This document shows positions 48,597 to 57,982 of a stretch of 64,000 nt of DNA, in pieces (the stretch's first letter is position 1; every line of letters starts with the position of its first letter). Location of the stretch: contig CAVRAV010000001.1 of assembly GCA_963719165.1 (NCBI GenBank), positions 1,637,215-1,701,214 of the forward strand, written 5' to 3'. The position numbers were made by a program, and so were the translations under genes. The DNA comes from an uncultured Actinomycetes bacterium. GTDB taxonomy: Bacteria; Actinomycetota; UBA4738; HRBIN12. The notes beneath the pieces were generated by a model, which was not told where the DNA came from, did not search any database, and worked only from the letters and a program-made list of their open reading frames with translations.

Positions 48597-49616
48597 ATGG
48601 AGGCCCATAGCGACACGCCCGTGCTGCCAACCCCTGCGCCCACGCTCCCCCACGCCCGTGGGCCTCGATCCCACGCGTTGATCCGGGCCTTGACCGACGG
48701 CGGAACGATCGGCGTTCCCGAACCCTCGTCCGATCCCTTGCGCGACGAGGACCTGCACCTCGCGCTCTACGTCTGCTATGAGCTGCACTATCGCGGCTTC
48801 GAAGGCGTCGACGACGAGTGCGAATGGGATCCGGAGTTGCTGCGCTTCCGAAGGACCCTCGAGCGCGAGTTCGAAAACGCTCTGGCTGCGACGATCCGGG
48901 TCTCGGACGAAGAGGCGCTCGACGTGTCGTCCACCCTTCGCGATCTCGCCGGAGCCACGACCCTGGATCTGGCGAGCTTCCTGGGCCGCAGGGCGAGTCT
49001 GGACCAGATTCGAGAGTTCGTCATGCACCGCTCGGCGTATCACCTCAAGGAGGCCGACCCCCATACGTTCGTGATCCCGCGCCTGAGCGACGGACCCAAA
49101 GCAGCCTTGGTGGAGATCCAGGCTGACGAGTACGGAGGGGGGAGGCCACTGCGGATGCATGCCGCGCTCTTCTCCCGGATGATGGTGGGCCTCGGGTTGG
49201 ACCCGACGTACGGGGCCTATCTCAACGTCATCCCTTCTTCCTCCCTGGCACCCGTGAACCTCATGTCGTTATTCGGGCTGCATCGAGGCTGGCGCGGTGC
49301 GGCGGTGGGGCATCTGGCGCTGTTCGAGCTCACGTCGGCTCGGCCGAACCGGCTCTACGGCGACGGGCTGCGACGACTGGGCCTCGGTCCTGAGGTCACG
49401 GCCTTCCACGACGAGCACGTGGAGGCGGACTCGATCCACGACATGATCGCGACCTACGACCTGGCGGCCGCGTTGGCCGAAGCCGAACCCGGATTGGCCG
49501 GCTCCATCGTGTTCGGGGCGAAGGCGCTCGACCTCATGGAGGGCATGGCCTCCAGCCAGCTGCTCGATCCGTGGGAGCGGGGCCTGTCGAGCTTGTTGGC
49601 GTCGGGAACCGCGTGA
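48597..49616 (+). CDS. Iron-containing redox enzyme family (heme-oxygenase-like fold, PF14518-type)
   Basis: ATG at 48597; helical; HDEHVEADSIHD-type metal-ligand-like segments. Confidence 0.65.
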   Translation: MEAHSDTPVLPTPAPTLPHARGPRSHALIRALTDGGTIGVPEPSSDPLRDEDLHLALYVCYELHYRGFEGVDDECEWDPELLRFRRTLEREFENALAATIRVSDEEALDVSSTLRDLAGATTLDLASFLGRRASLDQIREFVMHRSAYHLKEADPHTFVIPRLSDGPKAALVEIQADEYGGGRPLRMHAALFSRMMVGLGLDPTYGAYLNVIPSSSLAPVNLMSLFGLHRGWRGAAVGHLALFELTSARPNRLYGDGLRRLGLGPEVTAFHDEHVEADSIHDMIATYDLAAALAEAEPGLAGSIVFGAKALDLMEGMASSQLLDPWERGLSSLLASGTA

Positions 49617-49618
49617 GC

Positions 49619-49897
49619 CTACTCGTGGAAGGCGGCGTCGGTCTGCCCACGATGGCGGATCGGCTCATCCCGCTGACGATCACCACCCTGCGTCATCGAA
49701 GGCCCTCCGACCGCGTGGCTGCCATCGCACAGGGGGGCCAGCCTCGAACGTCCACAACGGCATAAGGCGATGACGCCGCGGTCTGTCCCGATCTCGCTCG
49801 ATCCGTCTCGCAGCACCACCTGGCCGCGCACGAGGATCGGGCCATCCGGGTAGCAACGGATCTCAACGTCGGCCGTTCCTTGCGCGTCCGAGTCCAT
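49619..49897 (-). CDS. CDGSH iron-sulfur domain protein
   Basis: CRCGRSRLAPLCDGSH is the CDGSH [2Fe-2S] motif; start inferred at the Met 30 nt inside the track ORF. Confidence 0.65.
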   Translation of the reverse strand: MDSDAQGTADVEIRCYPDGPILVRGQVVLRDGSSEIGTDRGVIALCRCGRSRLAPLCDGSHAVGGPSMTQGGDRQRDEPIRHRGQTDAAFHE

Positions 49898-50022
49898 CCT
49901 CCGCGCGTCGTCCATGGACCGGCGCATACCCTCGGCCGGCGCGCCGAAACGCTCGCGGAGAAGGTTTGGGCGCTCTCACCCCGGGTAATCGCAGCCAGAC
50001 CGCGGCACGAAGGAGGCGAGTG

Positions 50023-50349
50023 ATGCCACAGAAGGCTTGGTCCAAGAAGCGCGAGCGGCAGTACGAGCACATCAAGGACGGGCTCGAGGAGGGCGGACGA
50101 TCCGAGCACGTCGCCGAGGAGATCGCCGCGCGCACCGTGAACAAGGAGCGCGCTCGCGCCGGCGAAGCGAACACCTCGAGCCCGACGTCGACCGAGGACA
50201 TCTCCTCGGGCCGGCGAGGGGGGCTCCGTTCGCACCGCGGGCCGGGAGGTCGCACCTACCGCCAGCTGTACAACGAGGCCCGGGACCGAGGCATCGAGGG
50301 CCGCTCGAAGATGAACAAGGCGCAACTCCAACGCGCCGTGGACCGCTGA
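50023..50349 (+). CDS. Small basic protein with a C-terminal Rho_N-like (SAP-like) domain
   Basis: ATG after ggaggcgag; C-terminal RTYRQLYNEARDRGIEGRSKMNKAQLQRAV. Confidence 0.6.
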   Translation: MPQKAWSKKRERQYEHIKDGLEEGGRSEHVAEEIAARTVNKERARAGEANTSSPTSTEDISSGRRGGLRSHRGPGGRTYRQLYNEARDRGIEGRSKMNKAQLQRAVDR

Positions 50350-50368
50350 TCCCATCCCTTGAGGAAAG

Positions 50369-50845
50369 GTGCCTGGATTGAACGCATTGCAGTTGTTGAA
50401 GAGCGACCACGCCAAGGTCAAGGATCTGTTGAGCAAGCTCGATCGCACAACCGAACGCGGGGTGAAGACACGGGAGGGGCTGTTCGCCCGGTTTCGCTCG
50501 GAGATGTCGATCCACGAGCAGATCGAAGAGGAGATCTTCTATCCGGAGCTCAAGGAGCACGCCAAGTCCAAAGACATCGCGCTCGAGGGCTATGAAGAGC
50601 ATCACGTGGTGGACATGGTGATGTCGGAGTTGTCGGATCTCCCCTACGACGACGAGACGTGGGGCGCGAAATTCACGGTGATGAAGGAGAACATCGAGCA
50701 CCACGTCACGGAAGAGGAAGGGGAGATGTTCAAACGAGCGCGTCAGGTGCTGAGCCGACGCCAACTCGATGAGCTCGGCGAACGCATGGCAGAACGCAAA
50801 GCCGAGCTACGTCGAGCGAAGAAGCGCAACGTCAAGGAGTCGTGA
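50369..50845 (+). CDS. Hemerythrin HHE cation-binding domain protein
   Basis: LLKSDHAKVKDLL...HEQIEEEIFYPEL...HHVVDM...HHVTEEE are hemerythrin-like His/Glu motifs. Confidence 0.8.
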   Translation: MPGLNALQLLKSDHAKVKDLLSKLDRTTERGVKTREGLFARFRSEMSIHEQIEEEIFYPELKEHAKSKDIALEGYEEHHVVDMVMSELSDLPYDDETWGAKFTVMKENIEHHVTEEEGEMFKRARQVLSRRQLDELGERMAERKAELRRAKKRNVKES

Positions 50846-50873
50846 GAACAATCAGAGGGAAGGAGCAGTGAAC

Positions 50874-50966
50874 ATGCTGGCAGCCATCGGTTTGGGCATC
50901 ATCGGCACCATCATCGTGATCGCGCTCGTGGTTGCGGTCGTCATTTGGCTGATGCGTCGCGCGTGA
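50874..50966 (+). CDS. Possible 30-aa hydrophobic micro-protein (MLAAIGLGIIGTIIVIALVVAVVIWLMRRA)
   Basis: ATG preceded by gggaaggag; single TM; not in the track. Confidence 0.35.
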   Translation: MLAAIGLGIIGTIIVIALVVAVVIWLMRRA

Positions 50967-51385
50967 TCCTCAGCCGAGGGTGCCGCGAGAGCCCGGTAGC
51001 GCGTTCCGCGAGAAGGGCCCGTGGAACGTCCCGCCCGTCGGGCTCACGCCATGGGGGGAGGGGGGCTCGGAGCGGGCGGAGAGGGCGGCGTGGGCGCGGG
51101 CTCCGGCGTGGGCTGCGGGATGGGAGAGGGCACGGGATCCGGGGAAGGGACCGGCGGCTGCTCGAAACGCACACCGAGGAGGCCTCGCTTCTCAGCGGGT
51201 TGATCTATCCTCGCGCGACGATCCATCCTGTTCATTGGTCTGACTCCCTTCGATCTGTCCTTGCGGTCTCGAACGAGGTTCGCCTTACGCCGTACCCCCC
51301 TCGCCCCGCCGCAAACGCCCGCCGGCCGACCCGGCCCGATAGCGGCGTGTTTAGGCGAACGTCCCCCTGGGTATCCGCACCGGCC

Positions 51386-51781
51386 ATGGACGGACGTAAC
51401 GAAATGACCGAGGACCGGGGAGCCCCGGCCCACCGAGCGCAACGGCTGAAGGGCCGCTGGTTGCGACGAGCGGCCGTGGCGGCCGCCCTGGGAGTGGGTG
51501 TCGGAGCCATCGTCGGCTACGCGCTGGGGATCGCCGCGTTCGCGCGCGGATCGCGAGGCTTCTGGGCCGTGCTGATCGCCTGCCTCATCTTCTCCGTCCT
51601 CGTCGCGGTGCTCGTGGCCAGCTATTCATCTCTCGAGTCTCCCGACCCGTCTCAGGAGCCCTCGCAGGTCGACCGTCCGATCCGCGATCGCCCGGGCCTA
51701 ACGCGGAACCAAAGAGAAGCACCCGGTGGAACGGCGGACTCAGCGACCGACCCGCGGGGGTCTCCACGGACGTCGGACTGA
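51386..51781 (+). CDS. Small membrane protein, hypothetical
   Basis: Two TM helices (AAVAAALGVGVGAIVGYALGIAAF, FWAVLIACLIFSVLVAVLVA); ends 3 nt before the RsbW-like gene. Confidence 0.4.
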   Translation: MDGRNEMTEDRGAPAHRAQRLKGRWLRRAAVAAALGVGVGAIVGYALGIAAFARGSRGFWAVLIACLIFSVLVAVLVASYSSLESPDPSQEPSQVDRPIRDRPGLTRNQREAPGGTADSATDPRGSPRTSD

Positions 51782-51783
51782 AC

Positions 51784-52182
51784 GTGCCCGTCACTCCGGC
51801 CGCGGCCAGGCTCGCACGCCGCCAGCTCCAAGAACCGCTTGACGCGCTGCTCGGTCCCGCGCGAGGGGCCGACGTCAGACTTGCCATCACGGAGCTGATC
51901 GCGAACGTGGTGCGACATGGGGGGGCGGCTCCCGGACGATCGGATGCAACTCAACGTCAAAGCGACGTCGTCCACGCTGACGGTGCGGTTGCGCCAGCCC
52001 ACGGGCGCTCGAGGCGATGGCGACGGGACGCGGCGATGGCGCTACCCGAGGGCGGTTGGGGACTGATGATCGTGGAGGAACTCACGGACCGCTGGGGCAT
52101 CATCCCGGGGCCACCCGGGCGAGGTGTGGTTCGAACTCGATATCGGCTGGATGTCCGGTTGCCCGTCAGCCGCCGCGCTTGA
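51784..52182 (+). pseudogene. RsbW-like anti-sigma factor/serine kinase (HATPase), with two compensating frameshifts (~51900 in a G7 run, and ~52010)
   Basis: LAITELIANVVRHGG then the family-typical middle (RLPDDRMQLNVKATSSTLTVRLRQPTGARGDGDG) in the +1 frame, then back to LPEGGWGLMIVEELTDRWGI. Confidence 0.55.
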
Positions 52183-52462
52183 CCCAGCGGTCCCCGGTTC
52201 CGCTCATACGCTCCCAGACGCCTTCGTAGACCCCCTGGACCAGCTCGTCGTCGCGCCGGCGCCTGGGGGCCTGCACTGGCCGAAACACGGGCGGCGCGTG
52301 GAGCGCGCAATACGGCCCTTGGTTGTACATCGACAACGCGGTCGAGCAGCCGGGCCGCCGACACACCCGCTCGGCCACGTCCCGGCGTCCGCTCGTCACC
52401 TTGCGGCCCGAACCCGGGAGGCTGCCCTTGATCGTGATGTCCTGTCCGTGGCGTTCGGTCAT
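52166..52462 (-). CDS. Small zinc-ribbon-like protein, paralog of 28702..29004
   Basis: Shared motif VCRRPGCSTALSMYNQGPYCALH versus ICRGEGCGTRLSVYNADDRCAVC. Confidence 0.5.
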   Translation of the reverse strand: MTERHGQDITIKGSLPGSGRKVTSGRRDVAERVCRRPGCSTALSMYNQGPYCALHAPPVFRPVQAPRRRRDDELVQGVYEGVWERMSGTGDRWVKRGG

Positions 52463-52596
52463 GTGGCTCCCCGTTCCCGGTTCGATCCGTCGTTGCGAGA
52501 GGACTACCCAGCCGTCGGGCGGTGAAACGCCGAGCCGGGTTTAGCGGCAGCGACCGCGGGGTAGTCACCCCGTAGTCGAGCGGAGAGGAGAGCGAG

Positions 52597-52743
52597 ATGT
52601 GCCTGTCATGTGGTTGCGGCCAGCCGAACGAGCGACACGGCAACGACGACAACATCACGATGGAGGACTTCGAGAAGGCGGGCGCGGCGGCAGACATCTC
52701 GCCTGTCGAAGCTGCCAACAACATCCAGTCTGGGATGTCCTAG
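52597..52743 (+). CDS. Small CxxCGC metal-binding protein (48 aa): MCLSCGCGQPNERHGNDDNITMEDFEKAGAAADISPVEAANNIQSGMS
   Basis: Not in the track; strong RBS ggagaggagag at 52582-52592. Confidence 0.55.
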   Translation: MCLSCGCGQPNERHGNDDNITMEDFEKAGAAADISPVEAANNIQSGMS

Positions 52744-52828
52744 CCGGCGGGAGCTCGAAGTCGGACGGAATTCCCGCCATGCCGGCCCTCGATCGCTTCG
52801 CGACCGGGGGCCGGCGGCGTGTCGGGAC

Positions 52829-53877
52829 ATGACGATGGCTGCGCCCGCGGCCACGCGCCGCCTGCATCGGGTCGATGGCGACTCCCCGGGGATCTCCCGG
52901 CACCGAGCGGGGCGAGGGTTCGCCTACCGCCATCCCTCCGGTCGTCCCGTTCGAGACACCGCCACGCTGGAGCGCATCAAAGGCCTCGCCATCCCCCCGG
53001 CGTGGGAGGACGTGTGGATCTGTCCGGACCCCGCAGGCCATCTCCAGGCGTCGGGCGTCGACGAGGCGGGACGCCGACAACCGCTCTATCACCCCCGCTG
53101 GCGGGAGCGACGCGATGGAGAGAAGTTCCGGCGGGTGGAGGACTTCGCGACGCGGCTCCCCGCCCTCAGGACCTCGGTCGCGGAGGATCTCGGGCATTCG
53201 TGGTTTCCCGCGTGCCAGGATCTTGGCCTGCGCCGTTCGACTGCTGGATCAGGCATTCTTCAGGATCGGATCCGAAGCCTATGCGCGACGCAACGGATCG
53301 TTCGGCCTCGCGACGCTCAAGCGATCGCACGTGACCGTTGGCACGCGGTCGTGTGAGCTTCGACTATGCCGCGAAGAGCGGCAAGCGCAGGCATCAGGAG
53401 GTCCGCGATCCCGAGATCCTTCCCCTCATCCGAAGCCTGCTTCGGCGCAAGGGAGGGGGACGCGAACTGCTCGCGTTCAAGGAGGCGGGGGTGTGGCGAG
53501 ACGTCCGGTCGACGGACATCAATCACTACCTCAAGGATCTCGCCGGCGACGAGTACACGGCGAAGGACTTCCGCACGTGGCACGCAACGGTTCTCGCCGC
53601 GATCGAGCTCGCGACGGTTCGCGATGCGGAGGGAGCCGCTGCGCGCAAGCGAGAGATGGCCGCCGCCGTGCGCACGGTCGCGGAGCAGCTCGGCAACACG
53701 CCGGCGGTGTGTCGAGCCTCCTACATCGACCCCCGCGTCTTCAACCGCTTCGCCGAGGGATGCACCATCGCCACGGACCTCCCGGATGTGGACGTGAGCA
53801 CCGACGACCCGGCGATGCGTGGGCGTGTCGAGCGAGCCGTCCTGCAGCTGCTGGGTGGAGCGCCGCATAGGGGCTGA
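52829..53877 (+). pseudogene. Bacterial DNA topoisomerase IB (poxvirus-type), broken by two apparent frameshifts (~53210 and ~53340)
   Basis: N-terminal (RHRAGRGFAYRHPSGRPVRD...RWRERRDGEKFRRVEDF), middle (VRLLDQAFFRIGSEAYARRNGSFGLATLKRSHVTV) and C-terminal catalytic (FRTWHATV...CRASYIDPRV, active-site Tyr) segments lie in three different frames. Confidence 0.75.
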
Positions 53878-53899
53878 GCGTCAATCCGGCCGACCCGGA

Positions 53900-54982
53900 T
53901 CAGAGGTGGTCCGAGGGCTCGAGCGGGGTCGACCCCTCCTCCTCGATCTGCTCCTCGGCCAGGCCGTCGCCTTCTCGCACCCGTTCCCGCATCCAGACCT
54001 CGACGATGACCACCTTGATGGCGGCGGCGACCGGAAGCGCCAGCAGGGCTCCGGCGAAGCCGGCGAGGCTGCCGCCCACGAGGGTTGCGATGATCACGGC
54101 GGCCGGCGACAGGTTGATCACGTTCTTCATCACCTTCGGCACGACGAGGTAGTTCTCGAATTGTTGATACGCCACGAAGAACACCGCGGCGAGGAGGCCC
54201 TTCACGGGCGAGGCGACGAACGCCACCAGGATCGCGGGCGCGGCACCGAGGTAGGAGCCCACAGCGGGGATGAGATCGGCGAAGCCCGCCCAGATCGCGA
54301 GCGGCACCGCGAACGGGACCCCGATGGCGAGCATGGCGACGAGCGTGGCGATGCCGCACAGGACGGACGTGATGAAGTTCCCCACCACGTACCCGCCGAT
54401 CCGATCGACGGTGGAATCGATCACGCGACGAGCTTGCGCACGATGGTGCGGGCGCACGAGGATGGTCGCCGTCCGTCGCATGCTGGGCAGGGAGACCATG
54501 AAGTAGATCGCCAGCACCGTGACCGTGACCGCCTCGAACACGAGGCTGCCGACCCGGCCCGCTACCCCGAGGATCGTCCCGAACGAACGGCCCGCGGTCT
54601 GGGGGAGATGCTCGATGAACCCACGAACCTGATCCGTCACGTGATTCTCACGCATGAGGTTGCCCACCCAGTCGTTCCGCGCTTCGAGCGAACCGAGGTA
54701 CCGCGGGATATCCGCCCCGAGCCCTCCTGCCTGCGCGACGAGCGGCGGCACGATGAACCAGGCGAACGCAAGCGCCAGGAGCGCGATCACCGCCAAGAGC
54801 AACGCGACCGCCCAACCGCGAGCGAGACCGCGACCGGTCAGCCAACCGATCACCGGCTCGGCGCCCAAGGCGATCACGATCGCGATGAGGATGAGGATGA
54901 GGATGTTGAGCACCGAGCGCGCCACCGCGAACGCGCCGACCGTCAGCACGACGATGGCCGTCGCCTTGGCCCAGTAGCGCAT
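53900..54982 (-). CDS. AI-2E family transporter (PerM/UPF0118)
   Basis: ATG at 54982 (MRYWAKATAIVVL...); 8 TM helices; the track merges it with the upstream gene (53900..56479). Confidence 0.8.
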   Translation of the reverse strand: MRYWAKATAIVVLTVGAFAVARSVLNILILILIAIVIALGAEPVIGWLTGRGLARGWAVALLLAVIALLALAFAWFIVPPLVAQAGGLGADIPRYLGSLEARNDWVGNLMRENHVTDQVRGFIEHLPQTAGRSFGTILGVAGRVGSLVFEAVTVTVLAIYFMVSLPSMRRTATILVRPHHRAQARRVIDSTVDRIGGYVVGNFITSVLCGIATLVAMLAIGVPFAVPLAIWAGFADLIPAVGSYLGAAPAILVAFVASPVKGLLAAVFFVAYQQFENYLVVPKVMKNVINLSPAAVIIATLVGGSLAGFAGALLALPVAAAIKVVIVEVWMRERVREGDGLAEEQIEEEGSTPLEPSDHL

Positions 54983-55068
54983 CGGGGGCCATCGTCGATC
55001 TCCAGGGGCCACGTCGCCCGCAGGTCGATCTCGCGCGGCGTTCGGCGTGAGGTCCGACACCGCCGACT

Positions 55069-56434
55069 TCATCCGGTCAGCTCCCGCAGGGCCGTTCCCA
55101 CCGCTTCGGATCGCGTGGGGTACGCATGGATGAGCGTGGAGGCCTCGCGCGCCGGCGTCCGCGATCGCATGAGGGCGCAGACCTCGTGGATCATGACGCC
55201 CGCGTTGGGCATGACGATGTGTCCGCCCACGATCTCGCCGGTTTCGCGAGAGGCGATGAGCTTGACGATGCCGAACGGATCCCCGTCGATCATCGAGCGC
55301 TCGACGTCTTCGGCGCGAACGGTCGCGGCGGCGATCTCGAGGCGCTTGATCGCGCGCCACCTCCTCGGTGAGACCCACGCTCGCGACCTCCGGTGAGCAG
55401 AACGTCACGCGCGGCACGACGCGGTAGTCCTTTTCGACGGGTTCGCCCAGGATGTCGTGAGCCACGATTTGGGCTTCATACGTCGCGACGTGCGTGAAGA
55501 GGAGGTCTCCGGTCGCATCCCCGACGGCCCAGATGTTGGGTTGGGTCGTTCGGAGTGTTGCGTCGAGGATGGGCTTTCCCTCGGGATCGAGCTCCACGCC
55601 GGCCGAGTCGAGGTCCTGCCCGTCGAACACGGGCCGGCGACCCGCCGCGACGAGCACCTCCTGGGTTCGGACCTCGCCCCCATCCCAGCTGAGCGTCCAC
55701 TCGTTCTCGTGGCGCACGGCACCTTCGAGCCGGGTGTCAACAAGCACGTCGATCCCCTCGCGCTCGAGGACGGTTCGAGCCTCCGCCGCCGCGTCGGCGT
55801 CCTCGCTCGGCATGAATCGCTCCGCGGCCTCGAACATGCTCACGCTGGCTCCGAAACGCGCATAGATCTGCGCGAATTCCGTCCCGACCGCCCCCGTCCC
55901 GATGACGGCGAGTGAGGACGGCACCGCCGTGGGTGTCCACACGGCGTCCTTGTTGGTCCAGTAGGGCCCGTCTCCCAAACCCTTGATGTCGGGGACCTGC
56001 GCCTGCGTGCCGGTCGCGAGGATGATGCGATCGCAAGACAGGCGCGTCCCGTCCGCGAGCTCCACGGACGAGTCCCCGATGATCCGTGCCTCGGCCGGGA
56101 GCACCACGATGCCCGCCCGTTCGAACGGCGCGGCGCCTTCTCCCGACATCTCCTGGATCACGGAGCGAGCTCGTGCCTGCACCGCGGGAAGATCCACTTC
56201 GGCCGAGCATCCGCGCACCCCGAAGCGCTCCGCGTGCCGAGCTTCGAACGCGCGATGCGCTGCTCGGAGCATGACCTTGGTAGGGACGCACCCGTAGTGG
56301 TTGCACTCCCCCCCGAGCTGGCCACGCTCCGCGAGCCCCACGTTCATGCCCGCTTCGGCGAGGCGGAACGCGGTCTCGGACCCCGCAGCCCCACCCCCGA
56401 TGACGAACGCCTCGAAGTGCGCCGCAACGGTCAT
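55069..56434 (-). CDS. Pyridine nucleotide-disulfide oxidoreductase (dihydrolipoyl-dehydrogenase/mercuric-reductase-like), apparent frameshift near 55345
   Basis: ATG at 56434; FAD GGGAAG, redox-active GGECNHYGCVPTK, NAD site; the C-terminal dimerisation domain (AIKRLEIAAATVRAEDVERSMIDGDPFGIVKL...HAYPTRSE) is in the frame of track ORF 55069..55293. Confidence 0.7.
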
Positions 56435-56769
56435 AGCAAGGGCGGAACAACCCGTCGCCGCACGGCTGGGGCACCCCACGGCAGGACCGGGGCGGCCCCG
56501 GTGGTCACGACCACCTCATCGCCATCGTGCCAGATCGCCTCGATCGGTCCGAACAGTTCAAGCGATCGATCGGCCGGGGTTGCCGTCGATCGGCCGCACG
56601 CGCATGCTCGGGCTGCGTCCGAAGGCTCCCACCGGTCACCGCACGCCACGCAATGCACCTCGAGCCGTCCGAGGCTTTCGGCTTCACCGGAGCGCCGATC
56701 GTGTCCTTCGAGGTGCGTTCGTCCGGTCTTCTCTCGGGAGGCCGTCCCTGAAGTCGTCGTCGATCCCAT
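56431..56769 (-). CDS. Small zinc-ribbon-like hypothetical protein translationally coupled to the oxidoreductase
   Basis: HCVACG...CACG; stop overlaps the downstream ATG (ATGA at 56431-56434); true start uncertain. Confidence 0.4.
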   Translation of the reverse strand: MGSTTTSGTASREKTGRTHLEGHDRRSGEAESLGRLEVHCVACGDRWEPSDAARACACGRSTATPADRSLELFGPIEAIWHDGDEVVVTTGAAPVLPWGAPAVRRRVVPPLL

Positions 56770-56889
56770 CTGTTTCGCCTTTCCGAGTCATCTCACCGAG
56801 CTGCCCGATACCTCTTACCCAACGCGGCGGGGCGCACACGTCGTCAACGGCGGTTCCTGACAACGGACGTCCGCCAGGTCCGTGGCCGG

Positions 56890-57441
56890 CTACGCATCGA
56901 GCGGTTCGTGCCTGCGGGGATCCCGTCTCCTGCGGCTCAACGGCAGCAGGTACCACAGCCAGGCGAACGTCCCCGCGACGGCCGCGGTCACGGCCGCGGC
57001 GACGACCCAATCGATCAACATGGCTAGGACGAGCAGGATCGCCGCGCACATGGCCACGGACAGGCACAGCAGGCCTCCCACCGCGAGCCGATCGGAAGCG
57101 GCGATCATCTCGCGTTTGTCCTCCAGGGTTTCGCGCTGGAGGCGACGGAACCGCAACCGATGATAGGCCGACGGTGCGATAAGGAGGACGGACGAGAGCG
57201 AGGCGCTCACAAGCGCGATCGCGTAGAGGACCTGCTGAGGTCCGTGCGTCCGGATCGACGGTTGGCTGAAGGGCAAGATGAGCAGGAACGCGAACAGGAC
57301 CTGGACACCCGGGATCGCGATACGGAGCTCGTTGAGGAGCTCGATCAGCTTGCGATTGAGGCGTTCCTTTTCGCTCTCCCAGGGCCCGGCGGACCCGCCC
57401 ACGGCTTCGCGCACGCCGACGTCGTTCAGCCGTTGAGACAC
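56890..57441 (-). CDS. DUF6328-family integral membrane protein
   Basis: ELLNELRIAIPGVQVLFAFLLILPF signature; 3 further TM helices. Confidence 0.65.
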   Translation of the reverse strand: MSQRLNDVGVREAVGGSAGPWESEKERLNRKLIELLNELRIAIPGVQVLFAFLLILPFSQPSIRTHGPQQVLYAIALVSASLSSVLLIAPSAYHRLRFRRLQRETLEDKREMIAASDRLAVGGLLCLSVAMCAAILLVLAMLIDWVVAAAVTAAVAGTFAWLWYLLPLSRRRRDPRRHEPLDA

Positions 57442-57524
57442 CGTTCACCCCGCTCCCTACCCAGGTCAAGCTGGAATCACCCGCTTGTATACCCATGCCT
57501 GCCGCGGTCAAACGTGTTCCGGGG

Positions 57525-57842
57525 TCAGTCCCGCCCGGGCTCCGCAGACACGAAGTCGAAGAGATCCAGCGTTCCCGTGATCTCGAAGACGCGCCGGACG
57601 GCGCGCGGGGCGTCTACCAGGTGGATCTCGCCGCGGCCGCGGAGCGCCTGAGCGGTCGTGAGCAGCGCCTGGAGCCCGGAGCTGTCCATGAACGACAACT
57701 CCGACATGTCGATGCGCAGATCCCCCGGTTCGGTCGTGAGCGGGAAGATCGCGGTAAGCAGATCAGGGGCGGAGGCAAGGTCGAGTTCACCCGCGAGGTG
57801 GATCGAACGCCCGTTCACATCTAGGTCGAACCCAGCGGACAC
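57525..57842 (-). CDS. STAS-domain anti-sigma-factor antagonist (RsbV/SpoIIAA-like)
   Basis: LRIDMSELSFMDSSGLQALL carries the phosphorylatable-Ser motif. Confidence 0.85.
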   Translation of the reverse strand: MSAGFDLDVNGRSIHLAGELDLASAPDLLTAIFPLTTEPGDLRIDMSELSFMDSSGLQALLTTAQALRGRGEIHLVDAPRAVRRVFEITGTLDLFDFVSAEPGRD

Positions 57843-57982
57843 TGACGCTCCCGTCCCGAATCTCGAATCAGGAGCGTAGGTGGCCCACGCGCGCGCGACG
57901 GTGCGCCAGCGTACCTACAGGGCCGCACGAGCGGCCCGAGGCATCGTGGGCTCACTACGGCTGCGGGCTCCTGCAGCGTCGA

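Noticed and set aside
53900-56479. 859-aa minus ORF
   Set aside because: Artificial fusion of the AI-2E transporter (53900-54982) with the N-terminal part of the disulfide oxidoreductase, created by a read-through frame plus a frameshift at ~55345.
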